Positions 52,751-64,000 of a stretch of 64,000 nt of DNA are shown here, piece after piece. Within the stretch, counting starts at the first letter, position 1, and each line of letters starts with the position of its first letter. Below the pieces are notes generated by a model that had not been told where the DNA came from, made no database searches, and saw only the letters and a program-made list of their open reading frames with translations. This DNA is from Felis catus (lineage: Eukaryota), in assembly GCF_018350175.1 (NCBI RefSeq), contig NC_058368.1, forward strand, positions 157,978,001-158,042,000, in the 5' to 3' direction. Position numbers and translations under genes: made by a program.

Positions 52751-55491
52751 TTTGGCACATATTTGAAGAGACTATAACTGAGTTCAAAAATGACAGAAAC
52801 AGAGCTTACAGGCACCAATGAGTTCTATTCACAAGCTTATATCAAGCATCAAAACAATAGGAGAACAATATTGACAAGGATGCTTCTGATCAAACATAGC
52901 CTCTGGTGTTCTTCTCCTTCCCCCATTGACAAGGCAGTGGTCAGTGGCTTGAGAAGGTGAGAAATCTGACAAGTCCAAGAGGCTCAAGGCAAAGAGTAGT
53001 CAGGCTTGTTTTCTTTTCTACTTTTCAGGCTGTTTCATTGCCCAGAAACATATTATTCTATCATGTAGGGTGAAAATTCTACAATTTAGCAGTCCTAATG
53101 TCTGGTTTTGTCTAGGTTCTGGATCCAAAGATGTTTTTTGTGAAACACTTATGTGATTTACTTTACACCTAAATTATGGGAATCTTCTATTTATATGCAT
53201 TTAGTGGCTCTCCATAAGCAGGTCTGGCCATAGCCTATTGTACAGAATTAATAAGCAAAGTTTATGGTCATTCTGGTGCATGTTGACTGAGTAACAGACC
53301 TAGACAGAGACCTGGACAGACCTGGATATTACCTGGAATAATGCCTGATTCCCATTTGAGAATTCAGGGTGGTAGCAACCTTGCATATGTGTTTCACAGG
53401 ACAGTGGCAAGGGAGGAATAAAATAAAATGAACCAAGGCATTAGAAAACATGAGATACCTGTTTGAGTTTCTCTCAGATTTCCATTAATATGGTGACAGC
53501 TGAAAGTGTGCAGCCCAAGGGGGCTTGGAAGTGGTTGAAAACACCAGTGGACTCTAAGAAGCTGAGGGCCCCTGTCCTTTGAGATTCTAATTAAATGTTG
53601 TCCATTGTGTGGTGAGATCCCATACCCTTTCCAAGCTCTCCAAAAAATATTCAGCAGGAAGTGGAGCCCTGCTCTACTAGAGCAACACATTCCTATTCAG
53701 TGGTTTTCAAACATTTTAAGTGGTAGAGATGTTATTTTAGATGGCACTCTTACATCAAAAAGAAAAAAAGATTAAAAAGGAACTGGGACCTTTCTATGTA
53801 GAGATGAGGGACAAGGAATCAGCTCAGGGCATCTATCTCGAATATTTTCATGGAATCAGAGTGCCTTTATAGAGAACGCCATTTTGAAAACTACTGCTCT
53901 GCTTACTGCCACACTGGATGTGTTACAGAAAATATATTAACTGGTGTATGGGCTATAAATCTTAAAGTCGTCAGTTTAACTTCAAATGGAACAGGAAATT
54001 TGTGCACAAAATGTTTCTAATTATTTCCCTTGGGCTTTTGACTTTATCTATGTCCTAGCTTTACTGGATTTAAAGAAGTGAAAGCAAGTAACTAGATATT
54101 TTACTCTGGCCTATGCAGACCATCCTGCCACCTGTCCAAAAAGCAACTGGCTATATTTTACTCATTCATTCATTCATTCATTCATTCTTCAACGAATGTT
54201 TATTATGCTTTAATCAAGTGCCAAGAACTACTCTAGCTGGTATGGAAACTGTTGCCATGTCCTGTATTGACTGTTACATCTTTACATGAATTCTTGGAAC
54301 CATAGATACTTCTGCTTCTTGATGCCTTTTCAGATCAGAATAAGCTATGAATGTTTGGATGTGTTTCTGTCAGTGCTCAAACTCTTGAAGTTCTTGATGG
54401 ATTTGGTCCCATCCAGCAGGATCAACCCAGAAAGTCTCAATATCTAGAGCTTGCTCCAGTTATTACATTCACATGAAGGAGGACTCTGGTCTAAGACACA
54501 GGAACACAAAGATCATATCATTGATCAGAAACGGTAGGCCAGGAGAGACCTTCAAAAGCTTTCTATTTGTTGCTTATTTGGATCATATGCCACTTAAAAA
54601 AATGCAACTATTCCCCACACCTAGACTCTTTAGATAAATTGTGAAGAAAAACAGTACCTTTAAAAATATCTCATGTCTTATTTGTATCAAGTTATATACA
54701 TAGTTAGATCAACTACTTCTGCTTTGCTTATCATGAAAAGCAACAGTCCTTTTCCCTCCTCAGTCTATATACCATTTCCATGTCCTCCAGGACAACCCTT
54801 TCTACTTTCTTAGCTTTTAGTATTTTACCTTCATTTTCTTTCCGTATCTCTAAATAATATTTTCTTTTTTATTAATGTTTTTCCAGTTTTAAGCATTATG
54901 TGGCCTAAAAACATCTAGCTCTCTAACCACCATTACACTCTAGCCATACACAGTAACTTCCGTCTTTTCATATAATTATGTAACAATCCTATCTAACATA
55001 TACTCATGATTAGTTTGCATGGTTAGACTACGTAAAGTTTATTTACCCCTGAGGCATATTATCCACTATGATCTTTTCCTCCTTATACACTTTGTCATGT
55101 GTCTTCTTTGCCTAGTTTTCTGTATATTTATCAGCATTTCATCTCTAAGTTCTCCTCTTGCTATGTTCAAATACTCCATTGAATCCATCAATCTTATCTC
55201 CCTGGGGACATTCTCCCAGAGCCTTCTAGCCTCACCTGTCTGGACAGGATTTTGTCCTTCATACTTGGAGCACTTTTGGGTACCTTCATCATCATCACAG
55301 ATTCTCTTCACCACCCTCTTGAGCTGGAACCACTTTTCTGGATCCTGTATCTTCTGCCCTCTTGGTATTTTCTCTTGTTTTTATGGAGCACTTTTTAAAG
55401 TAGAGTCTTTGAAAAGGGCACATATCTGAATATACCTTAAATCTACCCTCACATTTGGGAATTTAGTTCCATATAAAATTAACTTTAGGAC

Positions 55492-55721
55492 GGGGCGCCT
55501 GGGTGGCGCAGTCGGTTAAGCGTCCGACTTCAGCCAGGTCACGATCTCGCGGTCCGTGAGTTCGAGCCCTGCGTCAGGCTCTGGGCTGATGGCTCGGAGC
55601 CTGTTTCCGAGTCTGTGTCTCCCTCTCTCTCTGCCCCTCCCCCGTTCATGCTCTGTCTCTCTCTGTCCCAAAAATAAATAAAAACGTTGAAAAAAATAAC
55701 CATTAAAAAATAATAATAAAA
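55492..55721 (+). mobile_element. SINEC_Fc-like SINE (young)
   Basis: GGGGCGCCTGGGTGGCGCAGTCGGTTAAGCG head; 18-bp TSD ATAAAATTAACTTTAGGA. Confidence 0.95.
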
Positions 55722-56199
55722 ATAAAATTAACTTTAGGAAAAATAATTTTTCTTGGAATATTATAAACTGTTTCAATGTCTTTCAGCTGCCACAAGTCTT
55801 TCTGAGAAGTTCGAAGTTATCATGATTCCTATTTTATTTATTTTCTTTCTGGAACCCTTATTATTATTTTAATTATCCCCAGTCTTCTAAAATTTCACTG
55901 TGATGTACCTCAGTGCAGGTCTATTTTCACTCATTGTGCCGGACATTTAGTATGTCTTTCAATCCAGAAACTCTTGTCCTTCAGGAAATCTGAAGGACAG
56001 ACCAGAAACTCATTTCCTTGCCATTGATATTATTCGTTCTCTTTTCTGGAACTTCTTTTATTTAGATATCTGGACCTCCTGGATTGGTCATTTTTATGGG
56101 CAGGGGTTATTTCATATTCATATTTTTTTTTCTGCAAGAGATCAAATAGAAATAGCAACTTAGAACTGCTTTAAATTAAGTTCTTTTTAAAATGATTTA

Positions 56200-56450
56200 A
56201 TCTTTATTTTTTATTAAAGTATTGGTTTTTTTTTATGAAATTTATTGACAAATTGGTTTCCATACAAAAAAAAAAAGAAAAGAATAAAAATCAAAAAAAA
56301 AAATAAATAAATAAAATAAAGTATTGTTAACGTACAGGGTTATGTTAGTTTCAGGGGCACAATATGATTTGACAATTCTATACATTACTCAGGCTCATCA
56401 CCAGTGTATTCTTAATCCCCTTTATCTATTTTTTCCATCCCTCCACCCAC
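56200..56450 (-). mobile_element. L1 3'-end fragment interrupted by a 92-bp insertion (56225-56316)
   Basis: TTAGTTTCAGGGGCACAATATGATTTGACAATTCTATACATTACTCAGGCTCATCA is a reverse carnivore L1 terminus; the insertion is flanked by TAAAGTATTG repeats. Confidence 0.75.
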
Positions 56451-58626
56451 CTCATATTTATATTTTTATCTCTCTGAGTCCCAGATATTTTATCTTTAGC
56501 AGTTGCTCGGTCAATAATGTTGAATCAGACTAAATTGAGTGAGTTTATATTAAGAAAATTCTGTCCTCCTGGGATTCCCTCCTTCTCTACCATCTCTACG
56601 TACTGACATTCTGTCCATTCTCTAAAATCTGACCTGTCTCCTTTCCTCTGATTCTTCCACTCTATCCCTGCAGTGCTCTAATGCATCTATCACCTGCCTC
56701 TTTGGCATATATTTAACTGCTTATATGAATTCTATGTAATTTTAGATTGTAAACCCCTGGAAGGTAGGAAATTGGTCTTAAGCATCTTTGTGTACTACCT
56801 ACCACCCACATATTACCTCCAATAATCTAAACCAGTGCCTACCACTACCCGGTTCTTAATAAATGTCTACTTGAATGAGTGAATAAATAAAAGAAAGTAA
56901 GGAAATTGACGTCTTCTTAAAAGTCGTGTCACAGAAACTCCAAGTAGCTAAGTTCATGTTCCAATTAACAACATGACCCTCAATGGTATAATGGAAAAAA
57001 ACAAACAAACAGGTATAAGCTGTTTATTTCAGCTAAGGAAGGGTGAATACAGAAAAATAGGACCATAAGGTATGATGAAAAATAGATCCTCAAAGACTGT
57101 TTCTGAATCTCAAAACACAGCAGAAACAGCTCTTTTAAAAAGCCAGCTGAATACTTTTTTTTCTGTTAATTTTTGCTGCAATGTATATATATTAATCCAA
57201 TTTTGAATCCGATTGGCATTGACTCAGTTATTAATTGTACTTAAGGAAAATTTATAGGCAATAAGATTAATAATTAGTCGACAAGCTTATTTTCCAGGTT
57301 AACTTTATTTTGCCACTATTTGTATGTGGTGAAACTTACCAGAGTACTTCTAAAGAGGATTGTCAGTAAAGGAAACTGTGAATTTCATTTCTATGTCAGG
57401 GAATAAAATTTCTTTATAAAATGAAGAATAGAACAATGTAAAAAGGAAAATGATCCTGGGTATATCATAATAATGTATCAGTGCAGCTACAGGAGATATT
57501 TTGAACATCACCACAAAGCACTGTTGGGTGAGATCCAAGTGTGTGTTTTCTATTGACCATGACAGTCTGAGCAATGTTTAGCTGAGGTCTGCACGTGTAA
57601 TTGTTTCCAAAGGGTACATGGGGTATGATTCATTGATCTTTCAGGTAGCCTGACTCAATAAAAAGTTTTGGCATATTGACATAATCAGAAGAAATGTTTT
57701 GGCATCAAGTAAAAACCTTGAATCTAAAAATAATTCTTCAATATGCAGAAATATCCTTGAAATAAGGATGAGCAAGTGGTGTTTCTATTGCTCCACAATA
57801 GAGCTGTATCTATGCTACAAAAGAAAAGAGAATTTCAGAAATTATTCAGATGAATCAAGACAAAAACAAGCCAATACAAACTGGCCCTGGTTAGTTCTAA
57901 TGAGTAGGTTTTTAAATCTGGAATGCCTGCATAATTTCCTCAACATTTTTCTCTAATCTGTATCCATACAAATAATTCTTTGACTTTGTCTAATTCTCCA
58001 TATGCAATTTTTTTTAATTTCTCAACTGTAATATGGCATAAGGCCTCAGGTAGCCTATTTATGTGTTGCCTTCAAAAATAGCTCCAAATTACTGAGACCC
58101 TGCTATGTGATGGCCTTATTGTATACATAACCTCATTAATCCTGAGAACATTCCCAGGAGAAAGGTATTTATTAGACCCACATTACAGACAAGGAAACGA
58201 GAGTCAGAGAAATGAAATAACCTTGCCAAGGTCTGAATCTAGTGAGTTCCTAAGCTTAGATTTGAACCTAGATTTATTAAAGTTATTTCCTCTTTAAAAA
58301 TGCTGTATTGCTACTTTTATGTCCTTATGTATAGCACGAAAGAGATGTTGGTCATTCACTGTTAGTAGACCCAATGCCATGAGTTTATTGTCTAGGAGTT
58401 CTGCCATCCCACTGTGCCTGAATCTTTGTAATCAAAAGAAACAATTTTGCAGACGTCTGCCAAAGGCAGGGATACAGTTGTGGTTGTAGACATCAAGTTG
58501 CCAATTATGAAGTGTCTGTGTTGAACTCAGCTCTGTGCTGAGCTTAATGGACCCACAAAACATTGGAAGATCCAGTCTCCTTCTTTGATAAACTAAACAG
58601 CCATTGTTTCTATGAAAATTTTTCCT

Positions 58627-58860
58627 GGGGCCCCTGGGTGGCTCAGTCAGCTGAGCATCCAACTTCAGCTCAGGTCATGATCTCGCGGTTTGTGAGTTCG
58701 AGCCCCGCGTCGGGCTCTGTGCTGACAGCTCAGAGCCTGGATAGAGCCTGTTTTGGATTCTGTGTCTCCCTCTCTCTCTGCCCCTCCCCTGCTCTCACTC
58801 TGTCTCTCCCTGTCTCTCAAAAATAAGTAAACATAAATTTTTTTTTAATTAAAATAAAAA
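58627..58860 (+). mobile_element. SINEC
   Basis: Head, (CT)n segment and A tail; TSD GAAAATTTTTCCT. Confidence 0.94.
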
Positions 58861-59515
58861 GAAAATTTTTCCTACTTCTCAAGCATTTCACCAGTGGCCA
58901 TTGAAATGATTTTAGGTGGTTACCCTGAATTAGGTAATACTGAATTTCGAAGAGAGATGTATTCCTTTTTCTATCCTTCAATAACCATCAAGAAGAATGG
59001 CTCAGTTTGGTGCTAGTATGCTTTTAAAATTCCTGCTAATCTCTTTTGTCAATGAAGTCAAAGTAGGTATTTGGCTCAGAGGCTTTGGCAAGCAAAAGAC
59101 CATTTATTTTATTGGTATCCTCTATTTATGAAAACTGATGCTAACTTTCTGTTTATAAAGTGATATAAACTGCCCTTTCTAAATGAATTTAGGCTAAAAA
59201 GTGAGTCACTGAAATAAAGTTAATAAAAAAATCTAATAATACAGACATATGGCAACAATACATGTTAAGCAATAATACCAGGATATGGCAAGAAAGCTAA
59301 CCCTGAAAAATCTAAAGAGAAGAGGCAGGGTCTTGGGCAGGTCATTTTGTAGCGTGCCATGGACTAGGCTCTGCCTCAGCTCAATTGCAGGGAAAAACTG
59401 TCTCCAACTCCTTCTGTAAAGAATTACAGAAAATTCTGTAAAAAATGTCTGTAAAAAACAGAAGTGGAAAATTCCTTCTTATAGAAGAGAAGTTGTACAT
59501 TTAACAAGTACTCAT

Positions 59516-59734
59516 GGGGCGCCTGGGTGGCTCAGTCAGTTAAGCCTCTGACTTCAGCTCAGGTCATGATCTCACAGTTCGTGAGTTCGAGCCTCACGTC
59601 AAGATCTGTGCTGCCAGCTCAGAGCCTGGAGCCTGCTTCAGATTCTGTGTCTCCCTCTCTCTCTGCCTCTCCCCTGCTCATGCTCTGTTTCTCTCTCTGT
59701 GTCTCTCAAAAATAAATATATATTATAAAAATAA
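59516..59734 (+). mobile_element. SINEC
   Basis: GGGGCGCCTGGGTGGCTCAG head; TSD AAGTACTCAT. Confidence 0.94.
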
Positions 59735-60680
59735 AAGTACTCATTTGAGCCTCATTCTCAGTAATTAGGTGCTATCACAAATAGAGTGACCAGTAAGTCA
59801 CTTTCATTGTAGGCAAACTATAAATAATCTCTGGAAATAAGATCAAGTTGTTTGTAAAAAGATACAGATAACAAACCTTGATATCATGGGTTCTAGCAAT
59901 TAAAAGAGTTTCATTTGCAGAAATATAACCAGAATAAGCACGTAATATTATCTGCTACTTAGTTACGGCAACTAAAGAGCATCTTGCCTTCTATACAAAC
60001 CTTCTCCTTAGGATGCAAATACAGGCAACTTAATGATTGCCTTCCTTCCCAACATCAGCCAAGAATACATACTCCACATAAAGCAAACATCCCACATCCA
60101 AAGCTTAGTGATTTCATCCCATTATCTGGCTTTAAACATCCTCTATGTGCTAACACTCCTATGTCTGCTTTGTGAGGATGGGGTTTTTGTTTCTGTGCTG
60201 AAACATGTGGTAAGTAGTCCTGCACATTTGCAGATTGAATTAATGAAGACTGCCATTTAAGCTCTGCATTTTATGTAATCAATCCAGAAAGAAATCCTTC
60301 TGTAATGTTTTTCACTGTTCCCCGCTTTCTCTATAGCATGGCTCAACATTAACCTCCATGTGTCAGAGGTGTCACTATGGAAAATAAATACAAAAAGAAT
60401 AGTTATAAAGCACGCTGACCTCCTTGGATAATAGTGAGCCTCACAAAGCTGTTTCCCTGTACCGAATGGCCCCCGGTTGATAAACCTTCCAAACTCTTGC
60501 CACTACTTTTTCCATTTTCCTTTCTCTACCATTGTTGCAAGACTGTCAATTATCATTATTGTTCATTGTCAAAGTACCTGATTTTATCAGCTTCCTTAAA
60601 AAATTCTGGGATGGCTGCTTCTATATCATCAGGCTTATTAGAATTCAGAGATATGTATATATACATACAAGTATATGTAA

Positions 60681-60683
<3 letters not shown>

Positions 60684-60740
<57 letters not shown>
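60684..60740. repeat. (TA)n microsatellite
   Basis: About 28 perfect TA units. Confidence 0.96.
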
Positions 60741-60742
<2 letters not shown>

Positions 60743-60786
60743 CCCCTGGTTGGAATTGAGTGCTCTGGAGAGGCAGAAGGAAGATT

Positions 60787-61003
60787 TCTTTTCTTTTTTT
60801 TAAAGTTTATTTATTTATGCTGGGAGAGAACAAGAGAGAGCAGAGGAGACGCAGAGGGAGAAAGTGACAGAATCCCAAGCAGGCTATGCTCTCAGTGAGA
60901 AGCCCTATGCAGGGCTTGAACTTGAACTCATGAACCATGAGATCATGATGTGGGCCAAAATTCAAGAGTAGGATGCTCAACCGACTGAGCCACCTGGGTG
61001 CCC
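60787..61003 (-). mobile_element. SINEC
   Basis: T tail, (AG)n segment, ends GAGCCACCTGGGTGCCC on +. Confidence 0.9.
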
Positions 61004-61819
61004 TGGAACCTTTCCTATATGATTAGTGGGGTGCTACATGAGCTTAATACAGAGGCTTTGTGATATCCATTTTAGCTGCTGAGAGGCATTTTCTTTACCT
61101 TTGTATTCCAAGTGAGCAGTCTAGTAGAAGTTTCCAGATAAATAACCTCTAAATAAGTGGGGGTGCTGGTGTAAAAAATAAATACAGCCTAATGGTATTT
61201 AAAATTCATTCATTTTTCACAATTTGAATTTAATCCTCAGTCAAGTTATTTTCTAAGGTAGAATCTCTTTTACCCAAATACATCATTTCAGGGATAATGG
61301 GGTCTTCATGTTCTAATCTCCATGAGTTCTGCTAATTCATTTCATTTTGTCATAGTTAATTCTTTCAATTAAAAATTTTGATTCTTATTAAAATAAAAAT
61401 CCATGTTCACCAAAAAAGGTAACGTGTTGAATCCTATCAGTGAGTTTAGCCTAATCCAAAACATTCCAAATCCTTTCCTGAAAGCAAGGTTTGATCATTT
61501 TTATGGACCTATTACATGTCAAGTGGCCCTTCACATGGCACTGAAAATAAAACAAAACTCTTCCCATAACCCATGACATCCTGCAAGATTCAACTGGCTG
61601 CTTCTCTTCTAATCTTCTCATGCTCTCTCCTCTGGTTCGGAATCTCCCAGGCCTCTTGGCCTCCTTTTATTAGTGCCTCAAAAGAACCAAATTCCTTTGC
61701 GCCTCAGTCTTGATGTTCCCTTAGCTCACGGACATCTGCTCCCTGGCTTTTCACATTACTAGGTTGTCACCTCTTCAGAGGAGCCTCTTTTGAATATCTT
61801 ATTTAAATTGGATCTTCTT

Positions 61820-62030
61820 GGGGGCACCTGGGTGACTCAGTCAGTTAAGTGCCCAACTCTTGATTTGGGCTCAGGTCATGATCTCACTGTCATGAGACTG
61901 AGCCCTGCATCAGGCTCTGTGTTTAGCATGGAGCCTGCTTGGGATTCTCTCTCTGCCCTTCCCCCACTTGCGTGTATGTGTGGGTGCATACATGCACACT
62001 CACTCTCTTGTAAATAAATTAAATACATAA
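61820..62030 (+). mobile_element. SINEC
   Basis: GGGGCACCTGGGTGACTCAG head; AATAAA tail. Confidence 0.9.
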
Positions 62031-62622
62031 ATACATATCTTCCTTCCATATATCCTCTCTTGTTGAAAATTCATTTTCTTCATAGCTCTTACCATAGTTG
62101 TAATTATTTATTTGTTGAGTTATTTTTTTCTCTCTTTTCCCTTATACTTAAAGATCTGTGATAGAAAATTATCTATTTAGAGACCATCATAACTCCATTA
62201 TTTGGCAAAGTAGGCTGTAAACAAATGTTAATGGATGAAAGGATGGGCCACTGGGCTCCTGAAGGCTGAGGAAAGGGAGGTTTTGTGGGGAAAACACTGA
62301 ATATAGAGAAAGAGCTCACTCTGAAGATCCAGTTGACAATAAAAATTCCCTCTGGGTCCAAAATAGAGAGCGCAAATGAGTAAAGACAGCAGGAATATGA
62401 TTACAGAAAGGAATTTCCCTTCATTCTAAGTGTTTGGAGGCTACCATGAAGTAGTGAGAAAGCTGATGACTTGGAAAAAGATGACTTCATCTCACTAAAG
62501 ATGATGGATGGGACTTAGCTAACCCAATATTTGCCATGAGAGTATAAGAGGCTATTAAAGCCAGAACTCGATTTTTTTTTCAAGAGAAGCTAGAAATATA
62601 ACATTTCAAGTGAATTGTATTA

Positions 62623-62808
62623 ATTTTTTTAAGTTTATTTTGAAAGAGAGCAGGGCAGAGACAGAAGGAGAGAGAGAACCCCAAGCAGGCTCTGTGCTGC
62701 CAGCTTGGAGCTCAATGCTGGACTTGGTCCCATGACCATGAGATCATGACCTGAGCCAAAATCAAGAGTTGGATGGAAGCTTAGCCAACTGAGCCACCCA
62801 GGCTCCCC
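62623..62808 (-). mobile_element. SINEC
   Basis: Ends GAGCCACCCAGGCTCCCC on +. Confidence 0.9.
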
Positions 62809-63207
62809 TGGATTCTACTGAAATCAATGCTGGCAACTGAATCAGAAACTTTAAAACTTTATAGGAGCCAGTTTCTAGTGAGCTAAACATACCTGTTTGA
62901 ACTGCTATTCTCACAAAAATTGTCATTCCCTTTGTAGGTTTCCTACAGGCAAAATCTCTTAAAAGTATAGAGTGATCCCTAATAACTCCCTAAAACTCAC
63001 TGCCATCACTTGGAAATCTAAGTGGTTTAAAATTCAACTTTTCCAAGACAATCAAGACCATTGTTCTGAGTTCTGTCTTCCAAATCCATGTCAGTTACAA
63101 AATATTTCTTTAATATACCTAACTCAGTCATTAGAAACTTGAGTGCCTAGATAGGCAGCTATAATTTTTCTCTCTGCTAGGTTATAACTTGTGCAGCTTA
63201 CAGTTGT

Positions 63208-63433
63208 ATTTTATTTATTTTTATTTTTTAAATGTTTATTTTTCAGAGAGACAGAGACAGAGAGAGCATGCACAGGGGTGGGGGCAGAGAGAGAGGGAGA
63301 CACAGAATCTGAAGCAGGCTCCAGACTCTGAGCTGTTGGCTGAGAGCCTGATGTGGGACTTGAACCACGAACCATGAGATCATGAGCTGAGCCAAAGTTG
63401 GCTGCTTAATCAACGGAGCCACCCAGGCATCCC
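63208..63433 (-). mobile_element. SINEC
   Basis: TSD TTACAGTTG(T/C)ATTTTA. Confidence 0.92.
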
Positions 63434-63596
63434 TTACAGTTGCATTTTAAAACTTATTACATTTTATCCTTTTTATATTACTGATTTTGCTCTGGAAAAT
63501 TGATTTAAAATTGATTTACATGAAAGGAAATTGTCAGGATAAGTCTTGTTCCTTATTTTCATGGGGTTTATGGCTTGTGCAGTCTGTTGTCAGTAT

Positions 63597-63905
63597 ACTA
63601 TGGTCCAAGGGCCAAATCTGCTCAGTCAGCTATTTTTATACAGCCTGAGAGCTAAGAATGGTCATTACATTTTTAAATAGTTGAAGCATTCAAAGAATAA
63701 TATTTTGTGACACACAAAAATTTTATGAAATTCAAATTTTAGTGACCATAAATAAAATTTTATTGGAATGCAGCCACACTCATTTTTCATTCTGCTGTCT
63801 ATGGCTGCTTTTGTACAATAATAACAGAGTTGAACAGTTGCAAAATATACCGTATGGTATACAAAGCCTAAGATATTTACTGTTGGCCCTTTACAGAAAT
63901 TTAGA
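63597..63905. mobile_element. MER58-like hAT-Charlie DNA transposon relic
   Basis: GGGCCAAATCTG...GAGCTAAGAATGG...TTTATTGGAATGCAGCCAC...ATATTTACTGTTGGCCCTTTACAGAAA. Confidence 0.75.
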
Positions 63906-64000
63906 TCTAGAGAAGTAATTACTAGACTTCGGGATTTCATGGACCAGTAAAATTAAAGAGGTAGAGAGGAGAGTAAACAAACACAGAGCTGCCAACTTTT

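Noticed and set aside
55019..55429. 136-aa ORF (also 41155-41692 and 60434-60898)
   Set aside because: No recognisable domains or exon structure; they lie in decayed repeat, simple repeat or intergenic DNA.

Overview
Mammalian genomic DNA, almost certainly felid (SINEC_Fc-type SINEs and an L1_Fc-type LINE, recognised from memory of the consensus). The one protein-coding gene is PCSK1 (prohormone convertase 1/3) on the minus strand. Coding exons 1-9 are present (ATG at 32255 down to 9576; 1196 coding nt; all GT-AG, in frame, with catalytic D167, H208, S382 and oxyanion N309 intact). Exon 10 onward was not found and should lie left of position 1. The promoter is CpG-rich with two CRE motifs. 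About 1.3 kb upstream of the ATG is a spaced, non-canonical RE1/NRSE with two perfect half-sites, and further up a CTCF-like motif. Positions ~33-64 kb are upstream DNA dominated by repeats: SINECs (14 in the whole window), MIR, MER and MLT relics, microsatellites, and a ~5 kb decayed L1 with nested insertions. I found no new gene system. The best leads are the non-canonical RE1, several retrotransposition fossils (a polyadenylated LTR fragment with TSD, two twin-primed L1 insertions, fold-back micro-insertions), a disabled orthologue of the human alternative first exon, and an inverted SINE pair flanking the in-frame 576-nt exon 6-9 block. Repeat family names and human comparisons are from recall, not from a search.
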